From IMG/VR virus record IMGVR_UViG_3300045988_105923: a stretch of DNA of 50,563 nt; one strand, given 5' to 3'. A model generated the notes under the pieces. The model saw nothing but the letters and a program-made list of their open reading frames with translations, did no database searches and was not told where the DNA came from. The DNA comes from a virus. How positions within the stretch are numbered: the stretch's first letter is position 1; each line of letters starts with the position of its first letter. The position numbers were made by a program, and so were the translations under genes. Shown one piece after another: positions 42,323-49,737 of this stretch.

Positions 42323-42715
42323 ATGGCACTCTACGTAAACGGCAAAAAAGTGGCCGGGATTGGACTTCCCGGCAAATCAGCTTATCAGTATGCGGTTGAT
42401 GGGGGATATACGGGGACGGAGGGAGAATTTCAGGAAGTACTCGCCAATGCGGGCGGAAAGCCGATGGGGCATGGTGTGACGCTTCTCGCGTCTGCATGGT
42501 CTGGAAATGCTCAGACAATCACTGTTCCAGGAGTACTTGCAGACGAGACAAAGCAGCTGATTCAGCCTGTGCCTGCTATTGCCTCGCAAGCCGCTTACCT
42601 CGCTGCCGGAATCCTCTGTACCGGACAAGCCGCCAATAATCTGACCTTCACCTGCCAGACGGTTCCGGAAGCGGATTTGACTGTGTATGTAGTTATTACT
42701 GATGTGAAAAGCTAA
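42323..42715 (+). CDS. Tail fibre-associated protein
   Basis: It shares the N-terminal motif VNGKxVAG...GKSAYxxAxDGGYTGTExEF with the preceding gene. Confidence 0.55.
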   Translation: MALYVNGKKVAGIGLPGKSAYQYAVDGGYTGTEGEFQEVLANAGGKPMGHGVTLLASAWSGNAQTITVPGVLADETKQLIQPVPAIASQAAYLAAGILCTGQAANNLTFTCQTVPEADLTVYVVITDVKS

Positions 42716-42724
42716 GGAGGACAC

Positions 42725-43222
42725 ATGATTGCAAATCAGATGATCATTGGTACATCTCTTCCAGAGCTGTCTAATCCAGCAACAGCGGAGAATCTAGCCG
42801 CCGGAAAACAGGCCATAGATAGCAGCGGTGAAATAATCACTGGCACGGCAGAAGTTTGTGATATGCTTGCAAACCTGGGAACCGCTACTGCGGCAGATGT
42901 AGCGATCGGAAAGACGTTTACGAGCGCGGATGGTGTAAAAATGACGGGGACAGCATTAGTAAACCAAGCGTCCCTCAGATCAGTTACATACAGGAACTCA
43001 GGTATATCAAGTAATATTATGATATATTACTCATCTTTGAGTGGCCAAGGTTTGGTGATGCAGAACGCTTTTATAGTAACCCCTAATGCATCATCTGGAA
43101 CATTACAAGCAGTACAAAACACTTTCATTTATATGAAATATAGCTCATATCTGACATTATCAGGAAATGTTACCGATATGAATGCTCCTGGCACTGATGT
43201 GAGAGTATACAAAGTAACATGA
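42725..43222 (+). CDS. Tail fibre-associated protein
   Basis: It has repeated A-x(2)-(L/V)-A-x-GK-x(5,6)-G-x(3)-TGT segments and is the last plus-strand gene of the tail operon. Confidence 0.55.
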   Translation: MIANQMIIGTSLPELSNPATAENLAAGKQAIDSSGEIITGTAEVCDMLANLGTATAADVAIGKTFTSADGVKMTGTALVNQASLRSVTYRNSGISSNIMIYYSSLSGQGLVMQNAFIVTPNASSGTLQAVQNTFIYMKYSSYLTLSGNVTDMNAPGTDVRVYKVT

Positions 43223-43312
43223 AATCTTTGTGGCGTAATGTCCATACATTTTCAACAAGCAAATCACACAGGCTTTTTGTAAAAAAGCGAGATTAAGTAT
43301 GCGCGCCAAACC

Positions 43313-43507
43313 TTAAAGGTCCATTGGCTTCCCGGTTTTCCAGTCCCGGCCTGGTTCGTGGGCAACCCATGCAGTTTCCCCGCAAAAGGAACAGGGATGA
43401 TGCCAGTCCCAAGAACCCCATATATTGGAACCATCTGGCAGAGTGAAAGGGGCCATTCGTCCACACTTTGAGCAGATCACGGTAACTTTATACAAATCCA
43501 TATCCAT
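43313..43507 (-). CDS. Reverse-strand small zinc-ribbon protein (moron)
   Basis: A GAGGTGA RBS precedes the start. It contains the Cys pairs CSKCG...CSFCG. Confidence 0.5.
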   Translation of the reverse strand: MDMDLYKVTVICSKCGRMAPFTLPDGSNIWGSWDWHHPCSFCGETAWVAHEPGRDWKTGKPMDL

Positions 43508-43552
43508 ATCATCACCTCAAAAAGATTATACCACAGATAGGCGGTGCTGCCC

Positions 43553-43882
43553 ATGAGTAATGAAAAATGTATCATAGACCCACAGCGGGATTGTTTGGGC
43601 CTGCAAAAAGCAAACATGCTAGAAAAGCAGATGGAAAAATTGCAGGAACAGGCCAGAGACACCCATGGAAAACTGTTTGACCGGATTCGAGACCTGGAAA
43701 AGGCAGAGGCCGCCCGGAATGAGCAGTATGACAACATCATGGAAAAGCTGGACAAGCTGATCGCATGGCAGGAGACAGAACAGGCCAGCCCAAAGAAGCG
43801 CTGGGATTCCATTGTGGATAAAGTGATTTGGGCGGTCCTGGCGGCAGTAATTACGTTTATTCTGGCCCGAATCGGGCTGTAA
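43553..43882 (+). CDS. XhlA-like protein (coiled coil plus C-terminal TM, lysis-associated)
   Basis: The coiled coil LEKQMEKLQEQARDTHGKLFDRIRDLEKAEA is followed by the C-terminal TM segment VIWAVLAAVITFILARIGL. Confidence 0.6.
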   Translation: MSNEKCIIDPQRDCLGLQKANMLEKQMEKLQEQARDTHGKLFDRIRDLEKAEAARNEQYDNIMEKLDKLIAWQETEQASPKKRWDSIVDKVIWAVLAAVITFILARIGL

Positions 43883-43903
43883 AAAAGAAAGGAAGTACAT
43901 ATT

Positions 43904-44305
43904 ATGAACAAGACTATCAACGACATCATGGAGCAGTACAAGGCCGGTAAGATCACGGTGGAGGAAGCCAACGCGAAGCTGAAAGAGGCTGGCGCGAACT
44001 TTTCTCTGGACCCGAACAAGAATCCTGGAGGCGGCTGGACGAAGGAAGAGATGGAGGAGGGCTTTATTCCCGCTCCCGTTGAGACTCCCTGGTGGGCCTC
44101 CATGCACACCTTTGCTGGTGCTGTCGCGTGGCAGGAGGAGATCGACAAGTACATCCCCGAAAAGGATATGGTGTACAACCGGCCCAAGTATCATGGCGTG
44201 GACGTGGTGAAGGGCTCCCTGCGGTACATCTATGCTGAGGACGGGTCCTGCAAGTATCAGCCCAAGTCTATGGCGGATTACGACAAGGACCACGGCAGGA
44301 ACTAA
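43904..44305 (+). CDS. Hypothetical protein in the lysis region
   Basis: A 133-aa ORF with no motif I recognise. Confidence 0.6.
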   Translation: MNKTINDIMEQYKAGKITVEEANAKLKEAGANFSLDPNKNPGGGWTKEEMEEGFIPAPVETPWWASMHTFAGAVAWQEEIDKYIPEKDMVYNRPKYHGVDVVKGSLRYIYAEDGSCKYQPKSMADYDKDHGRN

Positions 44306-44312
44306 TTGAAAA

Positions 44313-44330
44313 GCCGCCCATCCGGGCGGC
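44313..44330. other. GC hairpin after the 43904..44305 gene
   Basis: GCCGCCC pairs with GGGCGGC around the loop atcc. No T-tract follows on the plus strand. A T-tract (TTTTCAATT) follows on the minus strand. Confidence 0.35.
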
Positions 44331-44387
44331 GAAGATTAACACAAAGCGGCGCTTTTGGTAGAATAAACCTGCCCTGAAAAGGGCCCT

Positions 44388-44610
44388 GGGCGCTGTTGTA
44401 TACGGCGGTTAGCTACTCCCCCAAGAAAGGGGGTGAGGCCGATGGGACATGGGCGCTGGATGAAAGTCTGGCGGTTCCTGGTGTGTTTACTCATAGTCCT
44501 TTGGATTATGATTTACATATCCCCAAAAGCGTGTTAGCCGCTCGGATGGTCCCCGAACGGCTAACGTGAGTTAGTTATGCAGAGGGGCTAACCGTCAAAC
44601 AACAGCGCCC
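44388..44610. repeat. Long-range inverted repeat enclosing about 170 nt upstream of the holin gene
   Basis: The left arm is GGGCGCTGTTGTatacggcGGTTAGC (44388-44413). The right arm is GCTAACCgtcaaACAACAGCGCCC (44587-44610). An inner 13-bp hairpin spans 44533-44565. Confidence 0.6.
44442..44537 (+). CDS. Possible 31-aa TM peptide inside the inverted-repeat element
   Basis: The product reads MGHGRWMKVWRFLVCLLIVLWIMIYISPKAC. An AAAGGGGGTGAGG RBS sits upstream. Confidence 0.3.
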   Translation: MGHGRWMKVWRFLVCLLIVLWIMIYISPKAC

Positions 44611-44690
44611 TTGTACATTCATTATACCAAATCAAGCTGCTTTGTCAAGCACGACAGGGCGGCTTTTGTGCTGCCCGGAAAGGAAAACAC

Positions 44691-44894
44691 ATGGAGCTTT
44701 TGAAGAAACGGCTGTCAAACCTGCTGGCCGTCAAGAGCATTGTCACGGTAATTCTCACGGCGGTGTTCGCCTACCTGACCTGTACCGGCGGCGTGACGGC
44801 AGAGCAGTTCCTCACCGTATTCACCGTGGTGATCGCATTCTACTTCGGTACCCAGGCCGAAAAGCGCAACTCCGGGAGTGATGGAAATGCCTGA
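44691..44894 (+). CDS. Holin
   Basis: The 67-aa product has two TM segments (IVTVILTAVFAYLTCTG and FLTVFTVVIAFYFG) and a charged C-terminus. It overlaps the endolysin start. Confidence 0.75.
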   Translation: MELLKKRLSNLLAVKSIVTVILTAVFAYLTCTGGVTAEQFLTVFTVVIAFYFGTQAEKRNSGSDGNA

Positions 44895-46221
44895 CCATCT
44901 GGCGGTAACAATCCCCCTGAAAGATATCCAGCGCATCCAGCTCTACATCAACACCGCTCGCCGGTCTCTCTCTCAAATTCAGAGGGAGACCGGGGTGGAT
45001 TACATCCTCAACGGCACGCTCTACAACATGAGCACGTTTGTACCTAATTGCCACTTGAAAGCAGATGGGAAGGTACTCTGCAAACCGGCTTACACAGTCT
45101 CCGGCTACTCCTGGAATGATGGGCCGGACATTTCTATGGACACGCTGCCAGACGCCTCTCAGCGCAATTATATCACTTGCACACCGCTGATTGTTTCCGG
45201 AAAGCCAGTCTCCAAATTGATCTATGACGAGGGGCAGGGCGGCAAACGGGGGCGCTCTGCCATTGGCGTCAAGGACGGCTCTCTGGCCCTTTACTGTACG
45301 AGGGACGGAGGGAGTATGACCCGGACGCCGGAAGCGCTCAGGGACGATCTGACAGCGGCGGGATGGGATTCCGCGGTTATGCTGGATGCCGGCGGCTCTA
45401 GCCAGTGTTATTTCAATGGAGCGGTCATCCAGAGCAGCAGGAACGTGCATGATTTGATTCTGGTCTATCTCAAGAAAGGGGAGACAACTGTGGAAAAGAA
45501 GAAGGTGGTCCTGGACCCGGGCCATGACGCGGGAAACCTCGCCAACAAAAGCCCGGACGGAACCTATTATGAGCATGAGTTTGCCCTGGACATGGGGAAA
45601 CGCATTCAGAGCATCCTGGAGCGGCATAGCGTTGCTGTCACCATGACCAGGACTGGCGGCGGGGAAGTCAGCCTTGCGCAGCGGTGTGCGATTGCAAACG
45701 CCATCAAAGACCTGGATTTGTTCGTGAGCCTGCACAGCAACGCCGCTGGAGATGGAGGCTGGTCCTCTGCCTCCGGATGGAGCGCATATGTCTACAAGAC
45801 CAGCGGGAGCGGCTATGAGGCAGCAAAGGATATCCTGGAGGCCGTCAAAGACGCCGGAATTACTGTCAGGTCTACACCGATTGTGGCGGACTCGTCGCTG
45901 TATGTCTTGAAAGGCACCGTGGCTCCGGCTGTTTTGATCGAGCATGGCTTCCACACCAATCAAACAGACACCGCAAATCTCAAAAACTCCGCATACCGGC
46001 AGAAACTGGCGGAAGCGGAAGCAAAGGGCATCCTGAACTATCTGGGGATTGCCTGGAAGGAGGAAACTGTGGACAATCCTTCTGAAAGTGATCTGGCGGT
46101 CCAGTGGGTGCAGGAGAACGGCATTATGCTGGGCAACACGAACGGCGACATGATGCTGGACCAGCCCGTTACCCGCAGACAGTTTGCCGTGATGCTGTAC
46201 AGGTATCACAATTTGAAGTAA
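44878..46221 (+). CDS. Three-domain endolysin: phosphodiester glycosidase-like domain, N-acetylmuramoyl-L-alanine amidase (Amidase_3) and an SLH-like cell-wall-binding domain
   Basis: The NAGPA-like region is GRSAIGV...MLDAGGSSQ. The Amidase_3 region is VVLDPGHDAGN...FVSLHSNA...IEHGFHTN. The C-terminus WVQENGIMLGNTNGDMMLDQPVTRRQFAVMLYRY is SLH-like. Confidence 0.92.
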   Translation: MMEMPDHLAVTIPLKDIQRIQLYINTARRSLSQIQRETGVDYILNGTLYNMSTFVPNCHLKADGKVLCKPAYTVSGYSWNDGPDISMDTLPDASQRNYITCTPLIVSGKPVSKLIYDEGQGGKRGRSAIGVKDGSLALYCTRDGGSMTRTPEALRDDLTAAGWDSAVMLDAGGSSQCYFNGAVIQSSRNVHDLILVYLKKGETTVEKKKVVLDPGHDAGNLANKSPDGTYYEHEFALDMGKRIQSILERHSVAVTMTRTGGGEVSLAQRCAIANAIKDLDLFVSLHSNAAGDGGWSSASGWSAYVYKTSGSGYEAAKDILEAVKDAGITVRSTPIVADSSLYVLKGTVAPAVLIEHGFHTNQTDTANLKNSAYRQKLAEAEAKGILNYLGIAWKEETVDNPSESDLAVQWVQENGIMLGNTNGDMMLDQPVTRRQFAVMLYRYHNLK

Positions 46222-46235
46222 AAGGACGTGGACCA

Positions 46236-46481
46236 ATGAGCGCAAGAGTGAAATTACCACCACCGCTAGATAAACTCTTGCGCTCTCAGCTGGAAAGAGC
46301 TATCTATGAAGCCGCCATGGACCAGGACGATGAACTGATCGCAAAACGACGCATCATTGATAAATGGGGGCAGATGGACGTGGCGGCGGAACTGGGATGG
46401 ACGCGAGGAACAGTAGCTTCTCATGAACGGCATATTATGTCCCGCCTTTATGATGTGGCGCGGAAGCTTTATCCAATGTAA
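46236..46481 (+). CDS. Small sigma-70 region-4-like / HTH protein
   Basis: The 81-aa product contains QMDVAAELGWTRGTVASHERHIMSRL, which resembles a region 4.2 HTH. Confidence 0.5.
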   Translation: MSARVKLPPPLDKLLRSQLERAIYEAAMDQDDELIAKRRIIDKWGQMDVAAELGWTRGTVASHERHIMSRLYDVARKLYPM

Positions 46482-46516
46482 ATCACAGTATATAATAACC
46501 AATTAAAAAGCAAAAG

Positions 46517-46548
46517 GGCATCCTCATATGAGGATGCCGCCTTTATTT
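46517..46548. terminator. Bidirectional intrinsic terminator between convergent genes
   Basis: The stem pairs GGCATCCTC with GAGGATGCC. It is flanked by an A-run upstream and a T-rich tract downstream. Confidence 0.65.
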
Positions 46549-46638
46549 AGGCTATCATTCAATATGAATGTAGCAACTATTTACATGCACTATTATATGC
46601 CGAAAAGGAAAAAAGTCAACCCTGGATTAAAAACTTTT

Positions 46639-47190
46639 TTATTTTTTAATAGCGTCAATGTCGTCTTGTGTCAACTCTCTTCTAACATCAGCAATTAGTG
46701 TCAAACTAGTGTGCGGATGGTGCGCTCTATCATATACTAACTCTATTTCAACGCCCTCGTTTTTTGCCGTTTCAATGGCTGGGATAAAGTCGCTATCTCC
46801 TGTAACAATAATAGCTTTTTCAATTCGCTGTTTGGCCGCCAGTAAAACCAGATCACACCCCAGTAAAATGTCAACCCTTTTTTGCTGGAAGATCGGTGCA
46901 CCATTCTTGTCTCTTCCTCGATATTCTAGCTTTCCGAGCCGAACCTCATATCTATCAAGCATTTCAAGAGAGGTCACAAATCTCTGCATATTATTGTACC
47001 TATCAAGATCACCTTTACTCGGAGTTTGGCTTTTATATGGCATACAGTTATAGTAATATGTACGAAGAATAGGATCACCACCAGCCAAACGGCTGCTTAA
47101 TTTTGAAAAATCGATCTGAGGTGAAGCAAAACTTTCTTTTAAAATTTTAGACAAATAAGCTCCGTCAACAAATATGGCAATTTTTCCCAT
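46639..47190 (-). CDS. NYN (LabA/DUF88-like) domain protein, copy B
   Basis: The ATG at 47190 lies 6 nt after GGAGGTG. The product carries KIAIFVDGAYL and QKRVDILLGCD...AIIVTGDSDFIPAIE. Confidence 0.8.
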   Translation of the reverse strand: MGKIAIFVDGAYLSKILKESFASPQIDFSKLSSRLAGGDPILRTYYYNCMPYKSQTPSKGDLDRYNNMQRFVTSLEMLDRYEVRLGKLEYRGRDKNGAPIFQQKRVDILLGCDLVLLAAKQRIEKAIIVTGDSDFIPAIETAKNEGVEIELVYDRAHHPHTSLTLIADVRRELTQDDIDAIKK

Positions 47191-47213
47191 ATCTAACACC
47201 TCCATTTTTCTCC

Positions 47214-47242
47214 ATTATAATACAATATTTTCAAAAAGTCTA
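47214..47242 (-). promoter_or_regulatory. Promoter of NYN-B
   Basis: On the minus strand, TAGACT is followed by a 17-nt spacer and TATAAT (47219-47214). Confidence 0.5.
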
Positions 47243-47402
47243 TGAGTGTTTTAATAATGGTTCTGTTTGGCATAAACCGAGCAGGGATTTTATTTTTGAT
47301 TACCGCGCTACAAGGAAGCCGCCTCAAAACATACATAAGTTAAGCATATCTTTGGCAGAAACTGCGCCCATGCGGGGATTTTTTATGCGACAATATAGAC
47401 AT

Positions 47403-47469
47403 GGAGGACGTGAGGATTCAAGGGTTGGTACACGTCGCCGCCCTCCTCACGGACTCCTTATTTTTGTTG
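47403..47469 (+). terminator. Terminator-like hairpin in front of the cargo operon (leader, attenuator or insulator)
   Basis: GGAGgaCGTGAGGA (47403-47416) pairs with TCCTCACGgaCTCC (47444-47457). It is followed by TTATTTTTGTTG. Confidence 0.45.
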
Positions 47470-47485
47470 CAAAGGACGTGTTATT

Positions 47486-47656
47486 TTGCTTGTGAATGGG
47501 TCTGAGCTTGTCAAGCGGCTGGTGGCCTGCGGATATACAGCATCTTCAGCGGAGGACATATGCCAGCGATACGCCGCAGCGGGAAATTTCTCCGGGCTGG
47601 AGACCTTTATCAAACAAATAGAGCTTCTTTATGATGACAGAAAGGAGTATGCATGA
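47486..47656 (+). CDS. Possible 56-aa first gene of the cargo operon
   Basis: A TTG start lies 9 nt after AAAGGA. The product reads ...NGSELVKRLVACGYTASSAEDICQRYAAAGNFSGLETFIKQIELLYDDRKEYA. The stop overlaps the next ATG as ATGA. Confidence 0.4.
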   Translation: MLVNGSELVKRLVACGYTASSAEDICQRYAAAGNFSGLETFIKQIELLYDDRKEYA

Positions 47657-48138
47657 TGGCATTCCCTAACTATACTTATCCGGCTTACGGAGGCTACAAC
47701 CCCGTGACTCCATTTGCCCCGGCACCACAAGTATATCAGCCCCAGCAACCGCCTCAACAGCCTTCGCAGGCCGTGCAGCCTCAGGGAAATGTAAACACAC
47801 AGCCCACCTTCTTCTGCCGCCCTGTGGCTTCCAGGGAGGAAGCTCTGGGAGTTCCGGTTGACTTCATGGGAAATCCCATGTTTTTCCCGGACCTGGCCCA
47901 TAATGTGATCTATATGAAGCGGTTCAATACCAACACCGGCGCGGCAGATGTGTTTGAGTTTCATAACCAACAACAGGCACGGGAACAGCAGGCGGAGAAT
48001 CCGGTCCCTGCCTTCGCGCCTCTGGATGAATTTATGGATATGAAAGACACCATCAACAATCTCAAAGAGGAGATAGAAAGGCTGAAAAAGCCCGCTTCTA
48101 TCGGAAAGGCGGGAAAGAAAAATGATGCCGATGAATAA
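47653..48138 (+). CDS. Hypothetical protein with a P/Q/Y-rich N-terminus
   Basis: An AAAGGAG RBS precedes the start. The N-terminus NYTYPAYGGYNPVTPFAPAPQVYQPQQPPQQPSQAVQPQ is followed by a globular core and a coiled-coil tail. Confidence 0.65.
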   Translation: MMAFPNYTYPAYGGYNPVTPFAPAPQVYQPQQPPQQPSQAVQPQGNVNTQPTFFCRPVASREEALGVPVDFMGNPMFFPDLAHNVIYMKRFNTNTGAADVFEFHNQQQAREQQAENPVPAFAPLDEFMDMKDTINNLKEEIERLKKPASIGKAGKKNDADE

Positions 48139-48364
48139 TCCCATGATGGCTATGCTCCAAATGATGCGGGCAGGGAGGAATCCTATGCAGCTCCTCCAAC
48201 AGATGGCAGGGCAAAACCCGCAGGCGGCTCAGGCTATGAGACTTATCCAGGGGAAAAACCCACAACAGCTCCAGCAGATCGCGGAGAATATGGCGAAGGA
48301 GCGGGGAATCTCTATTGACGATCTTGCCCGGCAGCTTGGTGTGTCGATTCCAAGCAGCAGATAA
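48122..48364 (+). CDS. Hypothetical M/Q/N/P-rich small protein
   Basis: It has repeated NP-x-Q-x-x-Q-Q-M-like segments (NPMQLLQQMAGQNPQAAQAM, KNPQQLQQIAENM). Confidence 0.55.
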   Translation: MMPMNNPMMAMLQMMRAGRNPMQLLQQMAGQNPQAAQAMRLIQGKNPQQLQQIAENMAKERGISIDDLARQLGVSIPSSR

Positions 48365-48471
48365 CTTTATAGCATCTTTTTCAGTTTTCGGGTCTTGATA
48401 AAAACCGCTCTTTGGAAACATCCGGGGAGCGTACGGCCCCGATGTAATAACTGATAAAGGAGTATCTACAA

Positions 48472-49236
48472 ATGGATAACGATTTTGCGACCGGCTATGC
48501 GCTGGGAAGCGATTCCAACGGCGGCAACTGTAACAACGGTTTCGGTGGCGGTGCTTGGGAAGGCATTTGGGGCATCATCATTCTGGCTATGGTATTCGGC
48601 TGGGGTCGCGGAGGCTTTGGTTTTGGCGGGTTTGGAGGCGGTGCATCCGACAGTCCTGGTCTGCAGGGCCTTGCAACCCGCGCCGACGTGCATGAAGCTA
48701 TCGCCTTCAACGGCGTGGAGCGTGGAATTCAGGGCATCCAGCAGGGCATCTGCGACAGCACGTTTGCTCTGAACAACACCATGACCAATGGCTTCCACGG
48801 GGTAGATACGGCTATCTGCAATCTGGGCTATCAGACTCAAACCGGTTTTAACTCTCTGGGCGCACAGCTGGCGCAGTGCTGCTGCGATACCCAAACTGCC
48901 ATTCAGGGAGTCCGGTATGATATGGCTACTCAGGCCTGCGATACCCGCAATACCATCCAGAATACCACCCGTGATATCCTGGAAAACAACAATGCCAACA
49001 CGCGCGCGATTTTGGACTACCTTTGCCAGGACAAGATTTCTAGCCTCCAGGCAGAGAATCAGTCCCTGAAGCTGGCGGCCTCCCAGGCGGCCCAGAACGC
49101 CTTTATTACAGCAAATCAGGAAGCGCAGACTGCGGAACTCATTCGGCGTATCAACCCCATGCCTGTGCCTGCCTACCAGGTGCCCGCGCCTTATCCCTAC
49201 TGTGGGACCTATAATGGCTGCGGCTGTGGCTGCTAA
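48472..49236 (+). CDS. Gly/Cys-rich membrane-associated protein with a YjcZ-like N-terminus
   Basis: An AAGGAG RBS precedes the start. The segment GGNCNNGFGGGAWEGIWGIIILAMVFGWGRGGFGFGGFGGG resembles YjcZ-type sporulation peptides. Cys-containing repeats of roughly 20-25 aa follow, then a coiled coil and a C-terminal CGTYNGCGCGC. Confidence 0.7.
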   Translation: MDNDFATGYALGSDSNGGNCNNGFGGGAWEGIWGIIILAMVFGWGRGGFGFGGFGGGASDSPGLQGLATRADVHEAIAFNGVERGIQGIQQGICDSTFALNNTMTNGFHGVDTAICNLGYQTQTGFNSLGAQLAQCCCDTQTAIQGVRYDMATQACDTRNTIQNTTRDILENNNANTRAILDYLCQDKISSLQAENQSLKLAASQAAQNAFITANQEAQTAELIRRINPMPVPAYQVPAPYPYCGTYNGCGCGC

Positions 49237-49281
49237 TCAGTAAGAACCACTTACATCTTCCGGCTTTGCCGTGACTATTTC

Positions 49282-49318
49282 GGGGCGGCAGGCTGAACGT
49301 CTGCTGCCCCTGATTTTT
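49282..49318 (+). terminator. Intra-operon intrinsic terminator or attenuator
   Basis: A 10-bp stem pairs GGGGCGGCAG with CTGCTGCCCC (one G-U pair). It is followed by TGATTTTT, just before the RBS of the next gene. Confidence 0.6.
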
Positions 49319-49329
49319 GGAGGAGTAAT

Positions 49330-49725
49330 ATGTCTTGTAAACCTGTATGCAAACTGTGTGACCGTCTGGTGATCTCTCAGGCTGTCACCTTTACCGGTGG
49401 AAATCTGGAGATCAACCTTCCCGCTGGCGCCTATAACAACGGAGAGAAATACTGTATCGTTGTTTCACAGGCCATTCCGGACACTGCTACCATTAATGCT
49501 CCGGTGTACATCACCATCGGCACAGGAACTACCCTTTATCCACTGACCAAGCGTACCTGTGCTCAGGTTAATGCATGTGGAATCCGTACACGCACCCGCT
49601 ACTCTGTCTGTGTAGTAACGACGCCAACCGGTGGCTCGTTCCGTATGCTGGGCCAGCCTTGCTGCTCCCCCAGCAACAATCTTGCCAGCATCGACGGTGG
49701 TACCGCACCAGCACCTACGGCGTAA
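49330..49725 (+). CDS. Cys-rich beta-rich small protein of unknown function
   Basis: A GGAGGAG RBS precedes the start. The N-terminus is MSCKPVCKLCDR and there is a C-terminal CC. The composition is reminiscent of spore-surface or appendage subunits. Confidence 0.65.
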   Translation: MSCKPVCKLCDRLVISQAVTFTGGNLEINLPAGAYNNGEKYCIVVSQAIPDTATINAPVYITIGTGTTLYPLTKRTCAQVNACGIRTRTRYSVCVVTTPTGGSFRMLGQPCCSPSNNLASIDGGTAPAPTA

Positions 49726-49737
49726 GGAGGCAGCAGA

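Noticed and set aside
43477-44293. Two long minus-strand ORFs (236 and 224 aa) over the XhlA-like gene and the following gene
   Set aside because: Both are shadows of forward coiled-coil genes. They overlap each other and lack translation signals.
44821-46263. A 480-aa ORF on the minus strand, the longest reverse ORF in the window
   Set aside because: It is the antisense shadow of the endolysin gene. The plus-strand product has clear amidase and SLH motifs, whereas the minus product is an R/H/P/G-rich string with no RBS and no recognisable domain.
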